Source of the DNA: a virus
Lineage: Duplodnaviria; Caudoviricetes
Virus record (IMG/VR): IMGVR_UViG_3300025838_000133
Coordinates: 1-24,022 of that record
Strand: one strand, 5' to 3'
Length of the DNA stretch: 24,022 bases
The notes beneath the pieces are model-generated. The model searched no databases. It saw only the letters and a program-made list of their open reading frames with translations, and had not been told where the DNA came from. The position numbers and the translations under genes are program-made. Shown here piece by piece: positions 16,606 through 24,022 of the stretch. Positions within the stretch are counted from its first letter, which is position 1; the number at the start of each line of letters is the position of its first letter.

Positions 16606-17682
16606 ATGAAGTTTGACGGTGTTCCGCTCGAGGAACTGCAAAAAACCAAAGAAATATTCGACAAATTAAAGTCTAACTCAGAAACAGGAAGAGCCTTGGG
16701 TATTCACAGAAGGACGGTTCAGCATCGCCTAAATCGTCTGGAAAAGATAAATCCAAAGTTTACATCTCCAAAATTACCCACAAAATCTAGAGATATTGAA
16801 GAATTAATACAAGCGAGGATTGAAGAAAGCAGAAGGGCTAAAAATGCAGACACCTCAAGAGATTTGGTTAAAATCCCTTTACACATCGATGGCCCTGTGG
16901 GCCTGTTGGTATTCGGAGACCCTCACGTTGATGACGCAGGCTGCGACTTTGAGCTCCTCGCCGCGCACAAAGAAATAGCATCTTCTCACCCTCACATTTT
17001 GGCCGCATCCATAGGGGACTATCAAAACAACTGGATTGGCCGATTGGGAGTTTTATACGGTGAGCAGCAAGTCACAAGTAGAGAAGCGTGGAAACTCGTT
17101 GAGTGGCTCGTTTCTGATATACACTGGTTGTTTCTTATTAGTGGCAATCATGACCTATGGACAGGTGCTGGCGACCCTTTGGATTGGATTGCAGGACAAC
17201 AGGGTTCAATTTACGAGCCTTATGGCGTGCGGATCGAATTGCAGCACCCATGTGGTAGCAAGACGCGTATTCACGCCAGACACGACTTCCCTGGTCAGTC
17301 AATCTATTCGCAGCTACACGGGCCACGCCGTGAAGCAATAATGGGATTCAGAGATGATTTAATTATATGCGGACATAAACACACTGGTGCCGTCGAAACA
17401 TTTGTCACTCCTGACGGTAATGTGTGTCAAATTGTCCGCGTATCTGGTTATAAAGTCGTAGACAGTTACGCAAAGCAATTAGGTTTAAAAAAGCATCAAA
17501 TATTTCCAGCTGCTTTGATTATTATAGACCCGTCAGCGCCAAATACTTCGCCAAATCGAATATTTACCGCCCCATCCGTCGAAAAAGGTATTATAATACT
17601 CGACGCCTTGCGGGCGGATTTCGAATCATCGCGGAGTACACCTAATGTGCAAAATCACAAACCAAAAACTCGTCGAAAATAA
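16606..17682 (+). CDS. Calcineurin-like metallophosphoesterase with N-terminal HTH
   Basis: GDPH, GDYQNN, GNHD, ARHD and GHKH motifs; N-terminal SETGRALGIHRRTVQHRL HTH. Confidence 0.85.
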   Translation: MKFDGVPLEELQKTKEIFDKLKSNSETGRALGIHRRTVQHRLNRLEKINPKFTSPKLPTKSRDIEELIQARIEESRRAKNADTSRDLVKIPLHIDGPVGLLVFGDPHVDDAGCDFELLAAHKEIASSHPHILAASIGDYQNNWIGRLGVLYGEQQVTSREAWKLVEWLVSDIHWLFLISGNHDLWTGAGDPLDWIAGQQGSIYEPYGVRIELQHPCGSKTRIHARHDFPGQSIYSQLHGPRREAIMGFRDDLIICGHKHTGAVETFVTPDGNVCQIVRVSGYKVVDSYAKQLGLKKHQIFPAALIIIDPSAPNTSPNRIFTAPSVEKGIIILDALRADFESSRSTPNVQNHKPKTRRK

Positions 17683-17929
17683 CGCGCTCGTAGGTAGTAT
17701 TTACACAAAAATATTAGACGAGAATAATAAGAATATCCTTGATGCGTACAACGATGCGTGTGTCTGGATATCTGAATTAAAGTTACAGATAGACAATTTA
17801 AACAAGAGCATTTCATCTGGTTTTGTTCGTACTGACACATCAAAGTTAAACTGGAAGTCTAAGATGGCTGTTACACCAGTTGATGCTGGTGATGCATGGA
17901 TCAGAACGGGAGTGAGCGACGATGGATGA
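17645..17929 (+). CDS. Hypothetical protein
   Basis: 94-aa ORF overlapping both neighbours in operon style. Confidence 0.5.
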   Translation: MCKITNQKLVENNALVGSIYTKILDENNKNILDAYNDACVWISELKLQIDNLNKSISSGFVRTDTSKLNWKSKMAVTPVDAGDAWIRTGVSDDG

Positions 17930-18152
17930 GTCACACGAATTTGTCCAAATGCCTGACGGACAGACAATGATGTTAGAGGATAAGATTTCTTCTCGTGTGA
18001 CAGCCTATACTAATTTATTATTGGAACTTAGAAACGTAAAGGAAGAAAAGATAGTCGAAGAAGGTTTGCTTATGCTTGCCAGACTTCGACTATCAATTAA
18101 TATAGTACCAGAGACAACTGTATCGGTTATGAAGGGTGGAAAGTCTAGCTAA
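17922..18152 (+). CDS. Hypothetical protein
   Basis: 76-aa ORF with GGAG upstream; last + strand gene before the convergence point. Confidence 0.6.
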   Translation: MDESHEFVQMPDGQTMMLEDKISSRVTAYTNLLLELRNVKEEKIVEEGLLMLARLRLSINIVPETTVSVMKGGKSS

Positions 18153-18813
18153 GACTTGGATAATCCCCTTCTCTTTCTAAATCTCTACGACACGGCGGTA
18201 TCCAGAGCAATTCGCTGCCGCCATTTATTGTTAAGTGAGTATTTTGAAAAGGCGTGTCATTATTCCAGATAAGCCAACAGTAACTGGTTGCTGTTGATGC
18301 GTTCTTGTCTATCATACCCTTAACCATAGGCACACGCTCACTAAATTGAGCAACAGTTGTCGGAGGGCTATCTTTAAATAACCTATTATAACGCCCGACG
18401 CTTTCGATGAACGACGTTCTAACGAGCATGGCCACACCTCTGCGAGCGCGCAGTCGTGCCTCCCTGATAAATTCTTCCGCGTATTTATACGGAGGGTTCG
18501 TGATAATCCACGCCACCCGCTGGGAGCTGGGCGAATTGAGGAAGTCTTGGACGCCGCCATATCCATACTCATATTTGTCGGTTGAGTATACCGTTTCAAA
18601 ATACTCTTCTAATGTGGCAGACATATAACCACGACCACACGCTGGCTCCCAAGCATCCCACATTTTTCTGTTTGAGTTAAATAATAATATCTTTTCGCAT
18701 AAAGCGCGTGTAGCCCACGGAGGTGTCAGAAAGTCATCTGGCTCGTCTGAACCACTTTTGCGTATTCCGGCAACCGCGTAATTTTCATTAGGCAACATCT
18801 GTGTTACTCTCAA
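18145..18813 (-). CDS. Orphan SAM-dependent DNA methyltransferase (amino-MTase, probably N6-adenine)
   Basis: DDFLTPPWAT, WEPACGRG (motif I), ITNPPY (motif IV), SYCWLIW. Confidence 0.85.
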   Translation of the reverse strand: MRVTQMLPNENYAVAGIRKSGSDEPDDFLTPPWATRALCEKILLFNSNRKMWDAWEPACGRGYMSATLEEYFETVYSTDKYEYGYGGVQDFLNSPSSQRVAWIITNPPYKYAEEFIREARLRARRGVAMLVRTSFIESVGRYNRLFKDSPPTTVAQFSERVPMVKGMIDKNASTATSYCWLIWNNDTPFQNTHLTINGGSELLWIPPCRRDLEREGDYPSLS

Positions 18814-19313
18814 AACAAAGACATAATAGCGTCTAGCGGTCCGTTAAACTTCTTTGTAGGATTGCGTTTTATTTTGTTTATCGTTTTTATTAATACCGGC
18901 GTTTCCTGTTTTTTATTGTCAGGCTTATCACAAGACGGTATTCCTAAATTAACCAACTGGTCATAGTAAAGTATTGAGCCTTTATTATAGTTAATTGATA
19001 TATTAGGTTCCACTGCTTGCCTAACCTTAGCGGGGGTTAGAGACAGCATTTCGTTTGTTATGTCATGACGAACAATTCCTGTTTTCTGTTCGTATGCCTC
19101 GTGGAACTTAACTACCGCTCCATACCCCACACAAACGTTAGGCACACCCAGTGCAAGCGTACACGCAGATCTACATGAACCGCGTATTTCTATGCGTCGA
19201 TGCTCTAATCCGTATCTCCACGCAGCGGCTTTGTATTCTTCAACTATCCCTCCGCCGTCTTCATATATGACAATGGGAGCATTATTTGGTGGAGGGTGTA
19301 TAAACGATCCCAT
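18810..19313 (-). CDS. ClpP/crotonase-fold protein (putative Ser peptidase)
   Basis: IYEDGGG, IRGSCRSACTLAL and VKFHEAY follow the ClpP-like GG / C-x-S-A-C / FH pattern. Confidence 0.6.
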   Translation of the reverse strand: MGSFIHPPPNNAPIVIYEDGGGIVEEYKAAAWRYGLEHRRIEIRGSCRSACTLALGVPNVCVGYGAVVKFHEAYEQKTGIVRHDITNEMLSLTPAKVRQAVEPNISINYNKGSILYYDQLVNLGIPSCDKPDNKKQETPVLIKTINKIKRNPTKKFNGPLDAIMSLF

Positions 19314-19606
19314 CAGTTAGCCTTCTTTATATTATCATAATACTCAACAAATGATTTTATTCCATCGTTTACAGCACTAAGAACTAGTTCTGTCATAGTT
19401 TCTCTATCTTCTTTCTCTACCAACGCAACTGGAAAAGCGGAAATCCTACTTACAACATTAAGAACAAAGTCAACCTTATCTTCGTCGTCTATAGAGTCAG
19501 CAGAGTCATAAATAATGTCGGCTATTTGTCGTGTTGCTAATACCATTTTATCATTCAAGTGATCATTTGTTTTATCTGACATGTCTTTAACTTTCTTAAA
19601 GGTCAT
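19313..19606 (-). CDS. Hypothetical acidic protein
   Basis: 97-aa ORF coupled to the downstream gene; start uncertain (19606 or 19582). Confidence 0.6.
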   Translation of the reverse strand: MTFKKVKDMSDKTNDHLNDKMVLATRQIADIIYDSADSIDDEDKVDFVLNVVSRISAFPVALVEKEDRETMTELVLSAVNDGIKSFVEYYDNIKKAN

Positions 19607-19608
19607 AC

Positions 19609-19636
19609 GGAGAGAGGATATTATAATCCCCTCCCC
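19609..19636 (-). promoter_or_regulatory. 11-bp RNA hairpin with TATAAT loop
   Basis: On the minus strand GGGGAGGGGAT-TATAAT-ATCCTCTCTCC pairs fully (2 G-U pairs); intergenic. Confidence 0.5.
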
Positions 19637-19647
19637 ACTGATGTTAA

Positions 19648-20019
19648 TTACTGATCGTTATTTTGTTTTTTGCTTTGTTGTATTGCCTTGCTGTTTCCAT
19701 CGGAAATTCCGATTGTAGCAATCTCTTCCTCTAATCCCTTTTCAAAAATCTCTGCAACGCGATTAATGATAGGCGATGCTGGTTGAACCTTTGCCACCAA
19801 AGACCCGCTGTCCTCTACATTCTCATATTTAGTCATATCCAAATGAAGGATTTGTTCAATCATACGCTCACGCTTTGCCTCGTCATCGGTATAAAGCGAT
19901 GCTCCACGACCGTGAGCCTCTCTAGCCGCTTGAACAGCGTTACGCGCTATAGACCTACAGCGGCTGTCTAAATCAATATCCGTGTTTGTGATTGCCTTAA
20001 GCATAGATACATTAACCAT
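19648..20019 (-). CDS. Hypothetical protein
   Basis: 123-aa ORF with AGGAG RBS. Confidence 0.7.
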   Translation of the reverse strand: MVNVSMLKAITNTDIDLDSRCRSIARNAVQAAREAHGRGASLYTDDEAKRERMIEQILHLDMTKYENVEDSGSLVAKVQPASPIINRVAEIFEKGLEEEIATIGISDGNSKAIQQSKKQNNDQ

Positions 20020-20183
20020 TATTTGGTTCTCCTGTTTTGCACTAATGTTGTTTTAACCCTTGGCCTTGTGCGTTTGGCGTAAGGATCACATTTCCACCAT
20101 TTCTTAATGGTTGGAAAAACTTGGGAAACAAGCAACGCAGACGAAATACCTATTGCCCATAAACCAATATAAACGAGTTTCAT
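20019..20183 (-). CDS. 54-aa membrane-anchored basic protein (not in the ORF track)
   Basis: MKLVYIGLWAIGISSALLVSQVFPTIKKWWKCDPYAKRTRPRVKTTLVQNRRTK; TAATG coupling at both ends. Confidence 0.6.
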   Translation of the reverse strand: MKLVYIGLWAIGISSALLVSQVFPTIKKWWKCDPYAKRTRPRVKTTLVQNRRTK

Positions 20184-20443
20184 TACTCGTCTGCTGTCCC
20201 ATAAACTTCTGGCGTGTCTACCGAGTATGAATTGTATGCTGAATAAGCAGAATAAGGGTTTCCATAAGGTCCGTATGGATTGGTCAGGCTATTCGCGGCA
20301 TAAGGGTTTACAATAGGGGCGAAAGGATTTGCCGTGCAGTCTCCACAAAAAGGATTTGACCCTATCCTACCCAAATACTCAGCACTAATAGACGGCGATA
20401 CAATTGACAGACTAAGTGTCGCAACAATAAACATTTTTTTCAT
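20183..20443 (-). CDS. Secreted NPY/NPF-repeat protein
   Basis: GGAGGT RBS before MKKMFIVATLSLSIVSPSISA (signal peptide), then YLGRIGSNPF...NPYAANSLTNPYGPYGNPYSAYS. Confidence 0.75.
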   Translation of the reverse strand: MKKMFIVATLSLSIVSPSISAEYLGRIGSNPFCGDCTANPFAPIVNPYAANSLTNPYGPYGNPYSAYSAYNSYSVDTPEVYGTADE

Positions 20444-20489
20444 TTTTACCTCCATAGTTAACCACAAGATACATGCTATTACTATTATG

Positions 20490-20882
20490 TCAAATCTTTC
20501 TTGTGTGTCTAACCGCGAAGTGTTGGTGAGGGACACAATACACAGGTTCATTTAACACAGAGTATTCTAATATCATGCTGTCTGTGTTGTGGACTCTTGA
20601 TGCACAAATGGCGTCATCCCACGCAGCCATAACTTCAAATGGATTTCCTGTAGTCCTAAATAATTCCAATCCAGACATTATTTTTGCACAAGAATAATAA
20701 GCGCGTTTGTCCCCTTCTTTTTTACCTTCTGCGCGAGTGTATGTAAGCCACTTGTGAGGAACACCGTCTTTTAAAAGCAAGTATTCTATTCCATACATAG
20801 GAGGAAGAGACACCACAGTTTCTTTCGGGCTGAGTATTCTCTTTATCACATCCATTTCTTTGTTTCGTTCTGCGTTATCCAT
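20490..20882 (-). CDS. Hypothetical protein
   Basis: ORF 20490..20936; MDNAER start at 20882 preferred because it overlaps the upstream stop and has a purine-rich leader. Confidence 0.6.
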   Translation of the reverse strand: MDNAERNKEMDVIKRILSPKETVVSLPPMYGIEYLLLKDGVPHKWLTYTRAEGKKEGDKRAYYSCAKIMSGLELFRTTGNPFEVMAAWDDAICASRVHNTDSMILEYSVLNEPVYCVPHQHFAVRHTRKI

Positions 20883-21462
20883 CGTCGTTTTTCCCTTTTT
20901 GATTATGCATAAATAAATCTGGAAAGGCGTCTTCATACCTCTTCAGAAACTTTCTACCGTGTAAAACTAACTGTCTTTTTATATTCTCATTACGCTTTGT
21001 GGTCATGTAATACTTTAAAGCAACACTGATGTGGTCTATGTGAGACAAAAGACGCACCATAGGGTCGCGCATAAAATCTATGTGACTGTCTCTTACCAAC
21101 TTTACTACACCATCATACTCAATAGACGATAAGCCGTCGCCCTTGGGGTAAAAAGGTGTTTCCGAGTTTATAAGGTCGCAAGATAAATTTAAAAAATGAA
21201 ATACTCTAGACTCACAATCACTGAGATTGTTTTTATCAAAGAAAATATACTTAACGTATCCTATCTCGAGTATATTAATTTGATTGCTGGCGTGTAAATC
21301 ACTTCTCGCGGCGGTGAGATGCTTCTGAACACGATTTCTTATTTGCTCAGACTTGCCTACGTAGACAGGGATTTCATCTAAGTCACACAGTATATACACG
21401 CCAGATTTATTAGGTAATTTTTCAACTTGTTTTTCCCTAAAAGCAATGTCTACGCTAAACAA
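20875..21462 (-). CDS. GIY-YIG nuclease
   Basis: LPNKSGVYILCDLDEIPVYVGKSEQIRNRVQKH (UvrC-N-like GIY-YIG); TTG start with GGAGGT RBS. Confidence 0.8.
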   Translation of the reverse strand: MFSVDIAFREKQVEKLPNKSGVYILCDLDEIPVYVGKSEQIRNRVQKHLTAARSDLHASNQINILEIGYVKYIFFDKNNLSDCESRVFHFLNLSCDLINSETPFYPKGDGLSSIEYDGVVKLVRDSHIDFMRDPMVRLLSHIDHISVALKYYMTTKRNENIKRQLVLHGRKFLKRYEDAFPDLFMHNQKGKNDDG

Positions 21463-21476
21463 TAAAACCTCCTAAA

Positions 21477-21836
21477 TTATTCAAACATTCCACGCCTTGG
21501 CGGTAATGGAATCTTTTCTTTCTTTTCTTTTTTAGCAAACCCGCGAGATTTAATTTTCGTCTTAGCGACTTTAGCTCCCAAATGCTTTGCTTCGACCCTT
21601 TTGGACTTAGCAATGGTCTTGACATCAATTTTAGTTTTTTCCGAATGACAGGATATGCATAAAAGGACCGCATTAGATTCTTTGGCTTCGCCTCCCATGG
21701 CATCCGGTTTTTCATGATCTATCTCAAACTTTTTTGCTGGTAAGTTACACTTTTCACAATAAACAATCCCATTATCTTTCATTGCCCTTTTTATTACGGC
21801 AACTCTTATTTTTTTGCTAAATTCCTTTCTTGCCAT
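21477..21836 (-). CDS. HNH endonuclease
   Basis: CEKC...EIDH...GG...N..LLCISCHSEKT motif. Confidence 0.85.
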   Translation of the reverse strand: MARKEFSKKIRVAVIKRAMKDNGIVYCEKCNLPAKKFEIDHEKPDAMGGEAKESNAVLLCISCHSEKTKIDVKTIAKSKRVEAKHLGAKVAKTKIKSRGFAKKEKKEKIPLPPRRGMFE

Positions 21837-22425
21837 TTATTTTTTCCTGTAGATGTGCCCAATTTTTTCCTATGCGTATCAATCTAATTGCTGTTTTTGA
21901 TACGCCGAAAATTTTTGCCAATTTTGAATTAGTTTCAGTAGATTCTAAAATATATAACGTCTGCTCTTCCGTGAGCTTAGACATATTGTTCGTATCCCCC
22001 CTCCTGATAGGAGGTAGTTTTCTCCTCCCCTTTTTTGTCATATCGTCATTATTTATGGATGGATTTCCAGCAAATAAGTGGGATGGATTACAACAGGGAG
22101 GATTATCACAAGAATGACAAACATTTTCAGCTGTAAAGCCATTGGCAATTTCAAATGCAATTCTATGTGCTAATCTTGGAATTTTTCCAATGTCTATTCT
22201 ACCATATCCGTTTGGGTCTTTCCTGTGCGTCCACTCCCAGCATTCGTCTGGGGTTCCAACTTTAATTCTTTTAAAAAGTCTAATTTTGATGTTTTCTTGG
22301 GCACGTTTGTGCAAGCCTATATTCATACATTCTTTTGAACAATATTGAGGCTTAGCTGCACGAGTGGCGCTAATCGCATATCTTTCAAATTTTATGTTAC
22401 AGGTTGCACAAACGCACGTTGTCAT
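21817..22425 (-). CDS. HNH homing endonuclease with N-terminal Zn finger and C-terminal HTH
   Basis: CATC...YCSKEC; CWEW...GYGRI...LAHRIAF...VCHSCDNPPCCNPSHLFAG...NNDDM; LAKIFGVSKTAI. Confidence 0.9.
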   Translation of the reverse strand: MTTCVCATCNIKFERYAISATRAAKPQYCSKECMNIGLHKRAQENIKIRLFKRIKVGTPDECWEWTHRKDPNGYGRIDIGKIPRLAHRIAFEIANGFTAENVCHSCDNPPCCNPSHLFAGNPSINNDDMTKKGRRKLPPIRRGDTNNMSKLTEEQTLYILESTETNSKLAKIFGVSKTAIRLIRIGKNWAHLQEKINGKKGI

Positions 22426-22434
22426 AATTAACCT

Positions 22435-22593
22435 TTATTTAACGTTAGCGCGAAGGTATGAATCCAAGGCATCATTTACGATTATGCCAAGGCGTGTTTT
22501 ATTTTTCTTCACATATACACGAGCGTTTTTCAAAACGTTTTTCATTATTCTAACGTTCATTTGTTCTGTTGGTGAGAACTTTTTCTTAGCCAT
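22435..22593 (-). CDS. Ribbon-helix-helix (Arc/CopG-like) DNA-binding protein, 52 aa (not in the ORF track)
   Basis: MAKKKFSPTEQMNVRIMKNVLKNARVYVKKNKTRLGIIVNDALDSYLRANVK: alternating beta-strand MNVRI plus two helices; TAATG coupling. Confidence 0.7.
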   Translation of the reverse strand: MAKKKFSPTEQMNVRIMKNVLKNARVYVKKNKTRLGIIVNDALDSYLRANVK

Positions 22594-22910
22594 TAAAGTC
22601 TTCTTTCTGCTCTTGCAGTGGCCTCTGTAGACTGACGCTCATAAAATCGCATTTCTCTGTAACGCAATTCAATTTTTGCAGCGTTAGCCTTTGATCTAGC
22701 CTCTACCATTTTATTGATAAAGTCTTGCCAATCATCAGAACCTCTTACCGCGTGTTCTGCTCTGCTGACAGGCATATCACCCTTCTTTCCAACTAATTGG
22801 CTAAAGACGATATGCTTTGATTCTTCTAAGAGACGGGCCGCAGTATCCTCTGCGACCCAAGCCTCTCCCGCCAAGCGATAAGCCTCGGCAAAGTTGTCAT
22901 TACCACCCAT
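22593..22910 (-). CDS. All-helical protein in the recombination cluster (possibly UvsY-like mediator)
   Basis: 105 aa, long amphipathic helices, follows ERF and SSB. The function is inferred from context only. Confidence 0.6.
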   Translation of the reverse strand: MGGNDNFAEAYRLAGEAWVAEDTAARLLEESKHIVFSQLVGKKGDMPVSRAEHAVRGSDDWQDFINKMVEARSKANAAKIELRYREMRFYERQSTEATARAERRL

Positions 22911-23133
22911 CGTTTCCGCTGTCCTTTTTAACAGGCGAAGCAGACTTGTTCTGTGGCTCGCTGACAGACAGACTAATGAACTTTGCCCCTGACTTGGCTA
23001 CCTTTTTCCAAGCGGAAATTCGCCAATCTTTGCCGTCAACGTTAATATTCCCCGTCCAGTCAGGGTGTGTTTCCTTCTCTTTACGCTCGTTTGTAAAGAG
23101 AGATCCGCGATTTGTGTTATCGTAATCAGCCAT
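22900..23133 (-). CDS. Small ssDNA-binding protein (DUF736-like)
   Basis: GSLFTNERKEKETHPDWTGNINVDGKDWRISAWKK...FISLSV; tail ends in DGW. Confidence 0.75.
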   Translation of the reverse strand: MADYDNTNRGSLFTNERKEKETHPDWTGNINVDGKDWRISAWKKVAKSGAKFISLSVSEPQNKSASPVKKDSGNDGW

Positions 23134-23743
23134 TTTGTATCTCCTTGAATTTTTCTTTGAGTGAATTAAACAGGTTTGTTACTTCGGTTTGTTGAGACTT
23201 TTTAAGCAAAGGCTTTTGCGGCCTATACAAATCAGCCCAGTCTTCCAATTCTTCTATACTCAAACAAGCATCGAGATCTTCTTTCATGTCCTTATAGAGA
23301 GCCTCGAGGTCCACTTCTGGAACCTTTCTTAGAGGCACTTCTATTACGCCAGCCTTGTTGGCTGTGTTACCGTCGTCATCCTCACCCGCTATACCGACAG
23401 CTGCGAACAAAGCAGCACGCCGAGCATAAGTAACACTCGACAGGCCGTCTTGAGGCTTAAACGGCGTTCCTATAACGGGGTATGCTGACGACAGCCACTC
23501 GCCGCTAGAATGCCCTAGGATGGTCTCCAGCATCAATAAATTGCCGTCCATGTAGGTACGCTGGTAGATGCATATACCAACCGCTGTGAGGGCCTCTCTG
23601 GCCACGTTAAGACCCTCGTCCAGTGTCGTATACTTTGACTTGAAGTGAGGGTTGATTGCATTCTTGGTTGGGTTCTGTATTTCCGCCTGAGCCTTAGCCA
23701 GTGCAGAGAAAATAGAACCCACCGTTTCCGATGAATTTTGCAT
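23126..23743 (-). CDS. erf: ERF-family single-strand annealing recombinase
   Basis: ALAKAQAEI.NPTKNAINPHFKSKY...TILGHSSGEWL...SSVTYARRAAL...GEDDDGN. Confidence 0.9.
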   Translation of the reverse strand: MQNSSETVGSIFSALAKAQAEIQNPTKNAINPHFKSKYTTLDEGLNVAREALTAVGICIYQRTYMDGNLLMLETILGHSSGEWLSSAYPVIGTPFKPQDGLSSVTYARRAALFAAVGIAGEDDDGNTANKAGVIEVPLRKVPEVDLEALYKDMKEDLDACLSIEELEDWADLYRPQKPLLKKSQQTEVTNLFNSLKEKFKEIQNG

Positions 23744-24021
23744 TACATCTTCTCCATGATATTCTTTATCTTTTCCACAATTGAATCTACATCTTCACGC
23801 AAAAACCTTTTTACTTCCTCCTCTAGTTGTTCAATGTAATCCTGCAAGTCTTTACGGTATACGCGCTTTACAAATATCTGACCCTTTTCAGGCATTCGAG
23901 GGTCAAAACTTATAAAGTCGCACCATTTCCGTTCTGGCAGGCAAGCCATTTGCCAACAAATCTGTGTGAGGTAGTTTTTAGGAACCTCACCAGCCATCAG
24001 TGTTGCGCAATGCGTTTTTGT
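23743..24021 (-). CDS. YqaJ/lambda-exonuclease-family protein (C-terminal part; continues beyond the window)
   Basis: Frame open to the window edge: TKTHCATLMAGEVPKNYLTQICWQMAC...WCDFISFDPRMP; adjacent to ERF. Confidence 0.85.
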   Translation of the reverse strand, partial: TKTHCATLMAGEVPKNYLTQICWQMACLPERKWCDFISFDPRMPEKGQIFVKRVYRKDLQDYIEQLEEEVKRFLREDVDSIVEKIKNIMEKM

Positions 24022-24022
24022 T

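Noticed and set aside
1-24022. tRNA, rRNA, CRISPR array, integrase/att site, stop-codon recoding
   Set aside because: None recognised; genes are dense and intact under the standard bacterial code.

Overview
Segment of a tailed dsDNA bacteriophage genome, most likely podovirus-like. An alphaproteobacterial host is inferred only from the protein families present. The + strand (1-18152) is the late/virion region: a methyltransferase-GT2 glycosyltransferase-TPR fusion, head-tail adaptor and tail tube/stabilisation proteins, a GIY-YIG homing endonuclease, a GNAT protein, a 2250-aa ejection/internal virion protein, a second ejection protein, small membrane proteins and a metallophosphoesterase. The - strand (18145-24022) is a convergent early region: YqaJ exonuclease (partial), ERF, SSB-like protein, ribbon-helix-helix protein, two HNH and one GIY-YIG nucleases, a ClpP-like protein and an adenine DNA methyltransferase. 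The main observation is that six regularly built paired Gly-Gly motifs punctuate the 2250-aa protein at its apparent domain boundaries. The same motif occurs in two nearby genes, suggesting a proteolytically processed virion polyprotein. All 14 Cys of that protein lie in its first ~800 aa, which may relate to the glycosyltransferase. Family assignments come from motif recognition by eye; no searches were run.
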